Shown here: piece after piece, positions 11,724 through 26,199 of the stretch
Numbering within the stretch: position 1 is the stretch's first letter
Layout of the letters: every line of letters begins with the position of its first letter
Assembly (NCBI GenBank): GCA_951406725.2
Contig: OX597815.1
Span: 89,590,001-89,654,000 of the forward strand
Reading direction: 5' to 3'
Source: Octopus vulgaris
Taxonomy: Eukaryota
DNA length: 64,000 bases
Notes under the pieces: generated by a model
What the model saw: the letters and a program-made list of their open reading frames with translations, nothing else
Told to the model about the DNA's origin: nothing
Databases searched by the model: none
Made by a program: the position numbers and the translations under genes

Positions 11724-12755
11724 GTCATCCTATAAATAATGCAGTTCTGTCAATTTCCTGAACTAAAAATCGGAGGGGGCGGGATAAATAACCTACGTCA
11801 ACTTGCTAAAAAAAGAGGTATTAATTTTACCTTATCCTTATTCTTAGTGCAAGTTTTGAAGAGTGCAGTTGAAAGCTCAGCTAGGACGTCCTCCAAACCA
11901 TGGTGGAACAAGATGTCATGTAACTGTTGGGGAACTAGATGAGAAGCTTGGATTTGGTCATTCAACCAATCATCGGAAGAGTCAGCAATCTGGGTCAACG
12001 TGTTCCTCACAAACTTTCCGAGTCTAGTCACGCGCAGAGAGTGAATGTGTGCTCTTCTTTGCTGTCACCTCTCACGAATGACCCCTTTTTGGACCGAATA
12101 CTGACTAGTGACGAGAAATGGAGTCTCTATAAAAAATGTCAAGCGCCGGAGAGAGTGGGTAGGGAAAGGTGAAACACCAGCACCCCAGGCCAAAGAAGGT
12201 GTTCACCTTCGTAAAGCGTTGTTATCTGTTTGGTGGGGTATGAAATGTTTATTCCACTTTGAACTTTTAAAATCATACCAAACAGAAACAAAGGAGATCT
12301 ACTGCGAGTAGCTTGAGTGGCCTAAGTCAGTGCTAGAAGAAAAGCAACCATCTTTGTGTTCGAGATTAAAAAGGTGTTCTTTCATCAGGATAATGCTTGA
12401 CCACATACAGTGAGAATGACATTCCAAAAGCTGGAGCAATTTGAATGGGAAACGATACCTCATCCACCATATTAGCCGGATATTGCCCCATTTGATTATC
12501 ACTTCTTCCGCAGTCTTCAAAATCGTTTGGACGGAAAAAATATGAATTCTGAAGATGAGGTCAGAACAGTACTGAAGGAATATTTTTCGTCACGGACAAG
12601 TGAATTTTGGAAGAGGGGCCTTACAAGTCTACCAGATAGATGAAGCGTTGTAGAAAATGAAGGAGAATATATTTTATATTAAAAGTGAAATTTATCTTAA
12701 TTTTGAAAAATAAAATGAATATCAGAATCCGCTTTCTTTATGGGATGATCCAATA
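11718..12755 (+). mobile_element. Degenerate mariner (DD34D) transposon with imperfect TIRs
   Basis: Motifs RVPHKLSE, RILTSDEKW, LLSVWWGMK, HQDNA and HPPY*PDIAPFDYHFFRSLQN; termini ttgtgtcatcctataaataatgcag and ccgctttctttatgggatgatccaa with TA flanks. Confidence 0.92.
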
Positions 12756-15399
12756 CATATGAATGACCAGGGTGCAGCTATATTCTTCTTACATATTATC
12801 GTTTCTGTCTTCCGTGGCGAATTTGTGCGTAGCAAAGCTTTGATGATTATAAAAATATCATTACATATGCATTTCCAACCCACATAGAGGCAAGGAAACA
12901 CCACCCACCACTACACTGAAATATACACAGCTGCCTTCAAATATATTTTTTCATAAATGACTGTGTCCTCTTCCGTCTATTATTTACCTACGCTCCATTA
13001 TAAATTATTCTTGCTGTTTGTTTTTCAATTACTAACCAAAGAATCCTATGAGTAGCTAATGCAAGCATTGTGGTTTTCAGTTTGTTTCTCCTCCGCCTAA
13101 ATCACATTTCTAATTAGATTCGTCTGTTTGTCATAACGGATACAGAAAGCCACCCTTGGCGAAAGAAATAACTCACTATATTTTATAATTATAAAAATAT
13201 AATTATCTCCCTCCATCCTCTCTCTATACTCAAACATATATATATACATCGAGAAAGAGGGAAGGAAAGAGAGAAAGAGAGGTGGTATGGAGCTACATAT
13301 ATATGGATATATGTAGATTGGTGTGTGTATTTCAAAGCAATCGTATGGTAAAGGAATTGTTTGCCAATAATTATTTGCCACATCATTTGTATATTTATCA
13401 GTCCTCAGTCAATTTATGTCATCGGAACTTATTTAAAAAAATTTTCGTCGATGTCGAAAAATTTAAAGTGATTTGTGAGTTATGCTCTCTCTGAGTAAAA
13501 CATAAAGCCCCATTTCAAAGTTTTCGTTATGTTAATGGTTTTCCCACGTGTCATCATATTTCTGGGAATTGATACATTTTTCTTAGAAAAGAGATCTGCA
13601 TCAATGCAGCAGATACCTGATTATTGGAAACTTTAACAGTATGTTAAATAATTCAGTAAATCTTGCAACTATTATTTTTATTAGCCAATACCAGAGTTTA
13701 CCGAATTTGCCATCAAGAAACTGATATATCGCAATTGATTTATTTGAAAAAGGTTTGAACTTAGTTTTGGCCCAGTAAAAGAAATTTAAAGACAAATAGG
13801 GCGTAAGATATTAAATTATTCGAATTTAAATTGAAATCAAACAGGATTTATGGGATTACGAAAGTATATAACTTCAATATGTTAGAGTTGATCCATATTG
13901 TACCCGTTATAATTATTAAAGATAATATATAGCTAACAGTTTAATATGTGAGCAGATAGATTTGAAAAAAAATCATTTAATTGAAGCCTGGTTGATCGGG
14001 AATTTATATTTACATAACTACATACACTTTAGAGAATAAACAACCATAAAAGTACAAAGTTTTCGGAAAAAGAACTTATATGTTGAAAATATTGAGAATA
14101 AGTCATGACATAATTGAAATAATTCTTTCTAAACTTATTCAAATATATGTACTTAATATTTGAGTGTTCTTGATTATACTTAAAATTAACCGCCAATAAT
14201 CAGAGAAGGAAATTTGAGTATCTTTGTTTGGCTTTCGCATGCCATGACAAAGATACACAAGTTCTTTGGCGGTTAAACCGTAAAACTGATGGGAATGAAG
14301 GTTAAATTAGTTAAAGAAATAAATTTTTTAAAGTACCATCACCTGTGTTAAATGTTCACTGGAAAGAAAATTTATCCTGAGGCTATTATGCCAATACTAT
14401 GTATCTGTTTATGTATTGACGCTAAAAATGCTTAAATACAAATTCATATCAAATTAGTCTAAAATTAAAATACTTAAAAAGCAAAGCAAGTATCACTGCA
14501 TGACTCTCACACATATGCACTTTAATGCTAACATAAAAATTCCGAGAGAAAAAAAATGTATATTTTGTGCTCTTGATTTCATTATATTAAACATATCTGA
14601 AATATTATCTCATTATGAGGATGCTTTGTATTTATTATTAAATAAAAAGAGATTAATTAAGTGCGAGGTGAAATGTAACTGCATGAAAAATGCAAAGAAA
14701 TTTATTTAACGACTTTTTTTTTTAGATAAATAAAAGATTGACCCAATTACACAAGAACTATTTTCTAGTCGTAAGATGGAAATCGATAATTGTTTCTACA
14801 GACAACGAAAATATATTCAACACTAATTGGCAGATAAAAAAAGCTGGTAAAACATTTACAAACAACAAGACTGATTACCAGGATACACAAACGTATACAC
14901 GCTCAGCCACAATTCTTTCAAATGACCTAACATTCGCACACGCACACACACACACACATCCAAATTGTTAAAAAAAGGCAGCAAAAAGGAAAACAAACTT
15001 ACAAATTAAAAATTCAGCATATTGAAGTAATAACATTTTCCACTGGTGTATTTAAATTTGAAAGAATATAATTATCTTTATTACATTTACTGCACATTAT
15101 TATATTTTAGAGAGTCAGACAAGTTAATTGCTAAGGAATTTGCATTTTTCATCTTACGCAAGTAAGTAGGGTAATTATAGGATATTATTGAATTTAAATA
15201 AATATTTTTTTCCATTTAGAAATAACAGGTTTTAAACATTTCCTCATATGATTGTTTACTTTTGCATGATAATATGTGCCTCATCTTCAATAACTAAAGT
15301 AATTATCTTCTCACAAATATTCTATTAGCAGGGTTCTGAAATGCATTATCGATTTTTGCATATAATAATGAGTTTTTTTCCAGAGGTACGATGTCACAA

Positions 15400-16300
15400 T
15401 TTTTAGTAGAATGGTATACACGAGTATATTGACACCAATATTGGACCAAAAATGCAATTCAGTGATACTAGAGTGTAAATCGTCCTGCGTAATCCTTATC
15501 TAATCAAATAAATTATAGAGAAAATACCACAAACAAAACTAGATAATTCCTCCATAAGAAATTGGTAGGTTAAGTTGTTGTAAACCAACTAAATACCATT
15601 TAGATTTCTTTAGAAATAAAAGGACAGTTTTACTGAAAGTATAAACAACATGCCAGAGATGATGCATTTTTGAAATACACCTGTGGGACACTATATCATA
15701 TCAATAAATATTTGAATCATTTCATGTGTTTTATATCACGCTGGTGAATCAGGACTAAGATATAAAATGTAATTACGGTCTCAGAAACTTTCGAATCGTC
15801 AAGGGCTTCAAACAGAGTGAACAATATTATCAAATGCTTTCGTATAATTCAGCATGACCACGACCAATTTCATTCCATGTCGCCATCTCCCTGACACCAC
15901 ATTTTGTTTTAAATTCTAAGTCTCACAGCGTGTTCTGGAATCCTTCCTTCCCAAATGCTGGTTTAAGGTTATATTTTCAAAATTACTTTCAATCATACAC
16001 TTTGTCAATATGTTTAATCATTTGAAAGTATTTATTTGATTGTCACATTTATTCCTTCTATTATCAATCGGTTTGGTGTATTTATGTCTTCACGGGAGTC
16101 TAATAGTAAGATATAACCAGTAAAAGTATCAGTACCTCCTTTGTACTTTTCTATCCTGAAGTTTTTGAATCAAGGTTTAAGGGGATAACTAATGACGTCG
16201 TATGCTTTTAGAGGCAATTCTTCCATCTGATAATTTTATAACCACTTCGCCCTATGGTTGAAAGTATTTCCCTCAATCTGTAATATTCCTAGAATAAGTC
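15400..16300 (-). mobile_element. Highly decayed LINE reverse transcriptase relic
   Basis: Ordered minus-strand motifs: VVMLNYTKAFDNIVH (~15820-15865), SVPQG (~15680-15695) and YADD-like (~15480-15492). Confidence 0.55.
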
Positions 16301-16396
16301 CGAACTTCCTGAGAAAGAATATCAGTGACAGTTATCGATTGTTCACTCATATCTCTCTGAACTGCTGCACACATGTATTGATGTCTCTATGTACGC

Positions 16397-16532
16397 ATGT
16401 ATGTATGTATGTATGTATGTATGTATGTATGTATGTATGTATGTATGTATGTATGTATGTATGTATGTATGTATGTATGTATGTGTGTATGTATGTGTGT
16501 ATGTATGTTTGCATGTGTGTATGTATGTATGC
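16397..16532. repeat. (TATG)n microsatellite
   Basis: Direct reading. Confidence 0.97.
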
Positions 16533-18109
16533 ATTTGTATACATACACAGGCACACAGATATTATAATATGAATATATATTCATTTATGTGTGTGACAGA
16601 TATAACATTTTTATTGCTTACTGGCATTTGAAAATTGGCATTTTACCGAAGCAAATTATGTTTCTCGATGGAAATCATGAAAAACTAGCAGCTTATATTT
16701 CAGTATTTCGTGATAAACATTGTTAGACTGAGGTTTCATCTGGCATGCTATAACGTTCATTTTCAAAGTTCTTCAATAGGAATTTGGTAGCTTGTCGATA
16801 GTTCAATATGGTTCTGATTTCTGATTTATTGTCTGAATAAGGTGACTGATTATATTAACGTTCTCTTTGCTTCATACACAAAATTGTTCGTCGCATTTAT
16901 GAATGGCTAAGCTCATCGAATGATCAACACTTTATGTTTATTTTATTCCCCACATGTCACGTCTTTTCGAACATAAGCGTATGAACAGATGAACCATTCT
17001 CTGAGCATCAATCGATTACACAGACGCAAATTTACACTTACACATACTCACATATACCAACACAGATGCGCATAGACTCACACACGCTCACATACAGGCA
17101 TTTTAGTAAAAGATATTCTTATAAAATGCTTTTGTATGCGAATGTGTGTATGCTATTTGGAATGGAACGTGTGCACTAGTGTATATAAACGGAATTTTAA
17201 GAAAGAAGCTTCTAGAAATATGTAATACTGTCTTGAGATGTGCATTAATCTTGGAATCTAGATGTAAATATTTCTTGTTTAAGAATTTTATTACAAAAAA
17301 AGGACAGCTTACTATCAGTAGGTAAATATTTTACTGTTGGTTAAAGATATTCATCAGTGTCCTGAAACTATTCCTTTTCTTTGTAAATATCTATCTAAAT
17401 ACAAAAGAGTATTCATTCAATTTCAGAAAAGAATATTTTGAAACGCTACTCGTAATCTTATGCATCATCAAATTCTCACATCGTAAAATGAGTATATTAC
17501 ATAGACAAAATCATTTATTAAAGTTTTTATGTCATAATAATGTTGTGGGTGCAAAAGAAAGTTTAGTTTTAGTTTGAATAAAACTTTCGATTTTATGAAT
17601 TACTCAAGTTATCTTTCGTAATGTATTGACTAATATAACTTCCTCATGTGATAGATAATTTCTGTTTGAGTATGTATGACTAGCCTGTGAGATATATTTT
17701 TTATCTCTATCTTATGTCTTAAATTAATTATAGCTTTACTGATCTAACTAAGGCTATCAAAATAAGATAAAAGATTAACAAGTATATTTTCGAATCCCAA
17801 CACCAAATACTTATAATCTATTTCTCCCTAGTGGTTACGTTTCTTTAGTCAAAACTTAATAAACAATTTTATGGAATCTTCATAGCCAATTGAATGATTA
17901 GGGAACAAGAGGTGACAGAGATATTAATCAGTCATTTTCCAGAATAATAATCAATTATTTCGAGTAAATTATCTAAAATGCCCTGAAATAATTAGAAAAG
18001 GCAATGGGATGCAATTTTCTACCTGAGTTATATTGATAGGATAAATTATTTAAAAATATTCATCTCATTCCCCATAAAATCTCCGTCAGTATTTCTTTGC
18101 AATTCTAGC

Positions 18110-18470
18110 CGTTCTATAAATTCTAGTAATGTGTGTGAATATTTTTAGTTTGTCTTTTATCCAAAAGAACAGTGATCATTATGAATTCTACTAAAAATCC
18201 ATATGCATATCCTGTACGATTATTTTCACGTTAGCTTCTCCATTCTTCATAAAGCTACATTTATGATAATTTTCAGCAGGAGCAATTACGACATCAAAAA
18301 TGATCGTGTCAGTAACAACTTAGCTATCATTAACGAAGTATATGACGATTGGGTAACTAAATAAATTCGCTGGAAAAGGGAGTATTCAGGATTAAGTATT
18401 CAGTTTACTTCGCTGAATATAAAAAGAATTAAAGTGTAAGTGTAAATTTCAAAAGAAAACTGTCATTTAT
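18110..18470 (+). mobile_element. Ancient dispersed repeat, probable piggyBac transposase fossil (copy 1)
   Basis: Translates ...YDIKNDRVSNNLAIINEVYDDWV, resembling piggyBac RFDD..R..DKLApIREvwD.WV; homologous to 35900-36255. Confidence 0.5.
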
Positions 18471-19910
18471 TATTATATATTCTATGATAAATCCCCTATA
18501 TTATATATATTCCATGAAAAACTGAAACACCATCACTTCTTTCATATAAATTTCACTCACTGGCGCGGATAAACAATAGTGGAGTAAAATAAAAAGAAAA
18601 ATGTGGGCGAGATAGGGAAAACGAAAATGTAATCTACTTATTGCTTTTAAATGCCTTGTAGTTAGCTTTGATTCCAAATAGAGGTATGGTCAAATTTGTT
18701 TTTCCTTTTTTTTTTTAAAGAATAAGTTATAGGAGAAAGAACCTATTTTTAAAATAAACCTATGACCATTCTCAGCATAAGAAATCAATATAGAAGATTA
18801 TTGCTACTGATTTCTATGCAATAGCCTGATTCTACTTGGTGTATATTCCACTGCACTTACATATTAAACATTCTTGACAATGTTATATGTGACATGCCGT
18901 TTCCCATTTCCACAACGATTTCAGACTTCCCCGCCTAAAATAACTCCGTACAAAACAGCTGAAGTGAAATAGACACAAATATATTCAGGAATACAAGCTA
19001 ATACATATTCAATAAAATATAAAGTAAACTACTTTTTTCTGTATTTCAGCACGATAGATATATTTTTCTATGTTTCAGTTCACTTAGTTAATGGGAGGAG
19101 AAGGATCATGCATTTAAAATCGTATAAATGGAGTTTATACAAAGCTTTGAAGACATTTTATATTTTATTCATGAACACTTTTGATAGAAAGTAATGTACC
19201 GTATCACTGATTTGCTGGTTAATCGAGACTACCAGTGTACTTTGGTTCTTGAATGCATATATAGTTTCACTTGAGTCAAACTATCTCATAAGCACTAACA
19301 AAACTTTCACTTATGCAACTAATATTAACAGTTACTTTTGTATGGTGGAATCCGTGGAAAGAATTCCAGTACACGTTTGGAGGCCATACGCTGTGAATAA
19401 ACATATATTCACACTAGAAAAATCCCTACCGATCCATATGGGTTCAGTTTAGATCAAGTCAACTAACCTGGGATGCACGTTTCGTGTAGCGAAGAGAGCT
19501 GGTAGCACTGCTGCCATATGCTATCTTACAAGTCTTTTCATTTTCAAGTTGCATAGGTCGGAAATTCTCTTCAACTAGCTTTGGTCTACATAGCGATGAG
19601 ATTTGGGCATTATAAAGAGAATTGAATTGCTACACCACACAATCAATATGGATTAGAATAGACTTTTAATTTTCCTGCACTCAAATTTACAATGCAGTTA
19701 ATCTTGAATGTAGTTAAGCTTAGTTTCTTGGATGTGACGTTGGTCGATGTAGAAACATTTTGAAACCGTTCCCGAAGACAAAAAAAGCTACCACACAGCT
19801 TCCAGATATTCCATTATAGATTTTAAAAATTGGGGGAGGTTATTAGCGGAATGATCTTGAGGCTCTCTTTCCATATAATATCTTTGACGCTGGTACCCTG
19901 TACTATAAAA

Positions 19911-20886
19911 TGTACTATGTCTTTTCGTCGGACGTCACTTCATCAAACGTCTTTTCATCCACTTTTTTTGTCCGACATCTTTTTGTCCAACGACTTTTGT
20001 CTAATTTAAAATAAACTCTTTAGAAAACAAAGTGAAATATATCTAATGATATATTCATAGCCTCGTTATAGGATTGTTATTATTCTTTTTTCCGCTCTGT
20101 TAACAGTTTTACTTTCTCTTCTTCCTTCTCTCTCCTAAGTATGATGCTATGTTTAGAGAGTGCTGCAAGTTTAGGGCACACATTTTTTTTTTTATTTACC
20201 CATCCCGAAATGTCAAAGTTCATGGTAACGACCATAAACAGAAGACATGTAGTTGATGAAAGTAATTACATCGATGATTTTCATTCAAGCAATACAAAGC
20301 TAGGAAAAGAATACTGGAGGTGTGAGAGAAGAAGACTGTGCTCAGTGCGAATTCACGCGGTAATGGAAAACAACGAGCCGAAAATTATATATTTTTCTAG
20401 TGAGCATCTTCATCCTGCTGATGTAGATTCGAAAATCTCTGAAGAAGAAGGATTTGTCTAAGGTAAAAACGACTGAAATTCTTTGAGGAGATCCGTCAAA
20501 TTCACGTACACGATATCTAAGAATAACTGAACGCCTCAAAAGATTGGTAATTGATTTTCTGAAGAGTGTGGCATATAATTTGCATCAATTTTAAGCGCTC
20601 ATAATAAATCATTAGTTATATCTTATTAATTTTTTAAAATTGCTTTTTTAAAATATACTCTTCCACAGTATTGAATACTATCAATAAATTGAATCCTATT
20701 GAATCTTATCAATAAATTTTCTCATGATTATTTGAATTCGATGTTCACCTTGTTTTCTAAAGAGTTAACATAAATTGGACAGAAATTCGTTGGACAAAAG
20801 GATCATCGGACAAAATGACGGAGGACCAAAAGACGTGGACGAAGTGAAGTTGGACAAAGTGACATCGGACGAAAAATCGGGTTACG
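19911..20886 (+). mobile_element. Internally deleted MULE-like DNA transposon with repetitive TIRs and a FLYWCH domain
   Basis: ~30-bp terminal inverted match followed by inverted arrays of GGACNAAA units; TSD CTATAAAA at 19903-19910 and 20887-20894. Confidence 0.82.
20209..20461 (+). pseudogene. FLYWCH-type zinc finger (N-terminus of a MULE transposase), truncated
   Basis: MSKFMVT...EYWRCERRRLCSVRIH...HLHP. Confidence 0.75.
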
Positions 20887-21828
20887 CTATAAAAGGCCAT
20901 CCCGCTAGTGTTCTCAAAGACAGCTTTAGTTATATCACTTAGCCTATCACCACAAAGACATGTAGTATCACTTACTCTTTGACACGTATGATACAATTCT
21001 GTTTTGCCCTAATAATAATCATATACATGTAGGACCGTCATTATATTATAGTAGACATGTAATGCCTACGGGTACAGCAAATTTTCAAATAGACAGTTCT
21101 TGAAGGTTTCTGTCAGCTGTATAACTAACATAATATGAATTTCAGCAAATAGGCATACACAAGCATACAAACAGGTTTCACATGCAGACATAATACGACA
21201 TATCCATTGATCGCAAAATGTAACACAGCTGCCATCATTCATGAGAAAAACTTAGAAAGATCGGAGCAGTGAGACACATGTACAAAGATATGTAGATATA
21301 TGGATGCAACAGAAGATCCTCTGAAGGTCTACGTGAACAATTACAATGTAATCTTTAAAACTCATGAGACATAATGTTACCACAAACGTGACTATTCAAC
21401 GAGAATTGCTGCATCCTATAAAATTAACCAGTGACTAATGAGAAAGTGCATACATTATATCAACGGCAGTCTCAATAAAACTCTTAGCCACTCTTTCTCA
21501 CCTTCTTAGCCTGATACATACAGAACTCTACATTCCATACTCACTCTTTAAAAATCTACTTACTAGTGCCGAATTACCCTACAAAAATGCAATATCAGTA
21601 GTCCAAACGTATAACCGTCCCAATTGCGGAATCTACATCAGTGACCAGAACATTTGTTAAAGAAATGACGTCCACAGGTAATGACGCAGAGCACTAGACT
21701 TTTATTTGACAAAAACAGGTGGCCATTACGATTGATAAACGAAATATTATCTAGGCAGAACGCTGGGTCATTCTCGAAATATTGTAACGCGCCACAACGT
21801 AAGATAAACAAATGTCAAATTAAGGCAG

Positions 21829-24530
21829 TAGGGTGCGCAAACAACTGATAATTCCCAAAACCGAGTTTAAGTGTAAGTAATTCTCAAAACCGCTTATAAA
21901 TCGGTTTTCGCGGATTTAGAGCGGTGTCCCTGTAGCGAAGAAGTTTGTCGTATATTGTTTTTTGTTTATATACATACCCAGAGAAAGCAAGAAAGTAACA
22001 GGTTGACTGATATCCACAAATATGTTGATGGTGCCTGTATCTGTATCTATGTAAAAATAATAACATAAAATATTGCTATTATATCTATTTAATCAGAAAT
22101 GCAACGTTTTTCCAAGTCGTTGTATTTTTGAGAATCAATCAGGTTTCTTGACTTGCTTGATGATTCACTTTCCTTCGAAAATAATCTTTTAAAAAACACA
22201 ATGCATTCAGTGTCTTGCTTGACAATCTTGTCTTAATTTTTGTGTTGAAAAGTCCAGTAATTGAAAAAGCTCTTTCCGAATGAACACTAGTTGCTTTAGT
22301 TGTAAGCAATGCTCTATAAAGTTTCTCGAGCTTTTCACTTCTGTTTGAAGTTGCTTCAAAATATTCGAATTCTTTAGAGATTTCAAATCCATCTGTTACT
22401 CTCTTGGGCTCTTCATTCATTTTCCTCATTGCGCTTGTGTATTCACGCATGAGTTCATTAGCTTCGTAAGAAGATAGGACAATAGTAACACTTGTTTTTA
22501 GGTTACCTCCTATTTCATTTTCTTTGTATAATTCTGTTGTGTTCTCAGCCTCAAGTTCAGGAAATAATCTCCTATATGTTTGTTCAGCATACTTCCTTAA
22601 ATGTTGTTTCGTTAAAAAAAAGAAAAGGTCCAGAAATTGATTCGCTTTTAAACTTACTTGGGTTATGTAAATACTTCAAGAGAGTCAAGGTTTCGACATT
22701 TCTTCTCTTATAATATCTAAGCAGAAGTCTTTCACGAAGATATAGAGCCAAAGGGTTGTCAACGATATCAGGTTTATTCAATAAAAATTCTATAGAATAT
22801 TCCGCTTTCAGTAAGTCCGTATCATCAGCGCAAATAGCCTTCAAAATTATTTCTACTGGATGCAGAATTTCATATAGGAAATCGAGAGATTTCCATTCTT
22901 CGTCAGCTACGGCATCAGTGGAAAGTACTGCTCGTAGAGCATTTGGAATGCAGCTTTTCAATTTGAAAACCCTCTCAATCATATGGAATGTGCTATTCCA
23001 CTTAGTTCTGCAATCCAGTATAAGTTTATATTCTCTTTTATCAAAGTTCGCTCGCACAAAACCTTTGCAAAATTTCATTTTTGTAGGCGATTTACGGAAA
23101 AGTTTTGAAATTTTTTAAAACTTATTCAAAACTTTGTTAAATTCAGGTTTTATCCGGGGAAAAAAAAGCATTTTCGTGAGCCAAATCTGTTTTAAAAAGT
23201 ATGTCTTGTTGGCTTATGTCAGATTCATCATCACTATCGTCTGTTATAGCGATCTCTTCACTTTTTTATCAGTCTGATCGGTTCAGGCAATATTTTCAAT
23301 ATTTTTTATACATCGATCACAGTATGCAATGTGTGAGGCATTGTTGGTGATCAGGTCTTATTTCTTTTCCAAATTTCATCATCATAGAAGCACCATCCGT
23401 CGTACAGCCAACAATGGGTATATACAAATCCAATCCACATTCACGAAGGTGTCCTCTCACAAATTGCTCTGTTCTCCTGCTATTAAGGGGGCCATGGATC
23501 TCAATAAAACCCAACGACTAATGATTGTCTTTCCCATGAAAATTTATGTTCATATATCGTTTATTTTGAATTGATGTGTATTCAGCCAATGTCAATGAGT
23601 AGCGAATCTCCAGCACTACTTCTTTTTCGAAATAATGAATAAGTTCTTTTTTGGTTATGTAATAATTCATTACCATATTCCTGACACCGTTTGCAGATGT
23701 TGGTTGTAATTTATCATATTTGCCTCTCTGACTATGAAGATTTCTCTGTATAAAATTGCTTTTGGTGATTGAATTGAAAGAGAATCCACCCATAGCAGCT
23801 AACTTCGAAACTTCTTCTTCCATTGATTTCTTTCTTAAAAAGTGTTCCATTTTTCTTGTCATTTTCACAGGAGGCTGGTTTGCATCTTGATTTATGTCGA
23901 TTTGATGAATTTTCTTCAAGTGTAAGATCAGAGACGTAGAAGATCTTCCAGAAGTCTTCATGATCTTATCACACTTATCGCATCGAGCTTCATCTTTGTT
24001 TTTCCTATCGAAAACATTCCAAACAGTTGATTTTCTTTTTATCATGCTAGGGCTAATGAAAATAATTAAGAAAAATTTTAGTTAGTATTATTTCCTTGAA
24101 ATGAATCTGGAACTGGTTATTACATATGCTCAACATGAAAGATCACCTGACTGAAGACTAACAGCATCCCCTTAACTTGCTATGAATAAACTCTGTTACT
24201 TCCAAATTCAAAGAGTCAGCCAAGGGTTAGCGAAGGAAATGAAAAGGTGCTGATCTAAGGTTCAAGGGAAGAGAAGGTGAGAATTGATATGTTACGATAC
24301 GTTTCAATGAAATAGACAGCACTCTCAACTAAAGGCGACTGACAACAGTTCAGTTAGTTCAGTTTCAACGATATTTCTTCAAAAGAAAAAGATGGAGAAA
24401 TGTTTTGCGAAAGAAAAAAAAAAAAGAAACAGCAAGCATAAAAATCGGTTTTGGCAAATCCGTTTCAGTTTTACTGATCATAATATAAAACTGGTTTTAA
24501 CTGGTGTTATAAAACCGGTTTCGAAGCCTA
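21829..24530 (-). mobile_element. Near full-length hAT (Ac/hobo-like) transposon
   Basis: Perfect 8-bp TSD TAAGGCAG at 21821-21828 and 24531-24538; TAGG termini; subterminal AAACCG repeats; fragmented transposase. Confidence 0.93.
22139..24045 (-). pseudogene. hAT transposase with BED zinc finger, broken into four ORFs
   Basis: BED: VWNVF..ARCDKC..SLILHLKKIH; TTDGASMM, CLTH, DCRTKWNSTFHMIER; dimerization motif ATSVHSERAFS. Confidence 0.93.
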
Positions 24531-25071
24531 TAAGGCAGTCAGCAACAGTCGAACAGCTAAAACAAAAAATAAAGTTGCAGTCAGGACTTTAATCTGTCTT
24601 AAACATGTATAGAATAAACAATATTTATCTGAAGCATGATTCAAATTGCAGGAGTGAAACAAACGGCGAACTGTTCTCCTAACAACATGCTCTACCACAT
24701 ATAATTTCTCACATAACTTCGTGCATTGAAATCCACTGAACTTTCAGATTTCTATCTAGTGCGATCATTATGAAATTTAGTAAAAATATTTGGATTTGCA
24801 TCATTTCTGATTTATGTCAACTTTTTGAAAACTTGAAGTTTGGGTATAAAATTTTGCTATAAAACCTATTAAACATTATATTCTGTACGATGTTTTATCG
24901 ACATAAGTCTTTTCCTTGTGAATACCCATTCTACTCATGTTTTACTTATTATTTACAATCGGTGTGTTTTTCATGGGAAGTTTCAAACAAATTAAGCGAA
25001 TTACAATAAGGTTTTAGAATATATATGTGTGTGGGGTGTATGTGTGTATGTGTGTGTGTGTGTGGCGCGTG

Positions 25072-25120
<49 letters not shown>

Positions 25121-25284
25121 GTGCGCGCACACATGCTCATAAAAGAACAAGAAAAATACATTACAATTTTTAGCGTGTTATGGGACGGGAATTCGTCACC
25201 GTTTGCTTCACTCTTGGAAACTGAATGCATATATTATGTATGTTTGTATGTATGTATATATGTGTGTGTGGGTGTGTATTCTTT

Positions 25285-25500
25285 TATTCTTTTATTCTGT
25301 TGTTTGTTTGGGTCATTTGACTGCGGCCATGCTGGAGCACCACATTGAAGGGTTTTAGTCGAACAAATCCACCCCAGGTCTTATTCATTATAAGCCTAGT
25401 AATTATTCTATTGGTCACTATTGCCGAAATGTTAGATTACGGGGTCAAAAACACACCAGCTTCAGTTGTAGAGCGAGGGGTGGGGGCAAGCAGACATAAA
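25285..25500 (-). mobile_element. SINE family A, 3' part
   Basis: gtcatttgactgcggccatgctggagcacc. Confidence 0.8.
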
Positions 25501-25514
25501 CAAACACAGACATA

Positions 25515-25680
25515 TATGCCTTCGAAATGCGGAGTAGATGAAAGAGGGACAACTGAGGAAGAGGAATATTCTTTATGTTGCATGTCTCGTTTCTTTGTTT
25601 TTTTCGTAGTTCCCAAAAAGTTCGTTTCTATGTTTTCGTTTCTCATTGTGTTCTACGTTTTTTTTTATATCCTGTACCCA
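25515..25680 (+). repeat. Dispersed repeat with permuted hammerhead-like boxes (copy 1)
   Basis: CTTC-GAAA-N25-CTGAGGA-A-GAGG; homologous to 28200-28530(-) and 55940-56280(+). Confidence 0.75.
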
Positions 25681-25774
25681 TCTATGCACGTATATATACA
25701 TATATATGTAGGTATGTACATATATGTATGTATATATGCATATATTTATATATTGTTTATCTTATATATATATA

Positions 25775-25920
25775 CGGCGAGCTTCTTTTAGCTTCCGTTC
25801 ACCAAATCCACTCACAAGGCTATAGTGGGAGACATCTACCCAAGGTGCCACCCAGTGGGACTGAACTCGGAACCATGTGGTTAGAAAGCATGCTTCTTAC
25901 TACACAGCTACGCCTGCACC
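25775..25920 (-). mobile_element. SINE family A, 5' (tRNA-related) part
   Basis: ccaaatccactcacaaggc...gggactgaactcggaaccatgtgg. Confidence 0.85.
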
Positions 25921-25938
25921 GATATATATATATATGTA

Positions 25939-26037
<99 letters not shown>

Positions 26038-26199
26038 TTGTATGCAGATATATATGCAAATATATATACATACAAGCATATATATACGCGCACTGACTGG
26101 GTCTCTGTTATTGACGACGGTGGGTGTTTCTGTTGGTTCGATCAACGGAACAACCTGCTTGTGAAATTAAAGTGCAAATAACTGAGCATTCTACATAAG

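Larger units (their letters stand above)
19600..21450 (+). mobile_element. Degenerate Penelope-like element (RT C-terminal half plus GIY-YIG), interrupted by a MULE-like insertion
   Basis: SFLDVTL..F.KPF (~19722-19775) before the insert; LKVSVSCITNI, a Cys-rich linker and YMDATEDPLKVYVNNY after it. Confidence 0.65.
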
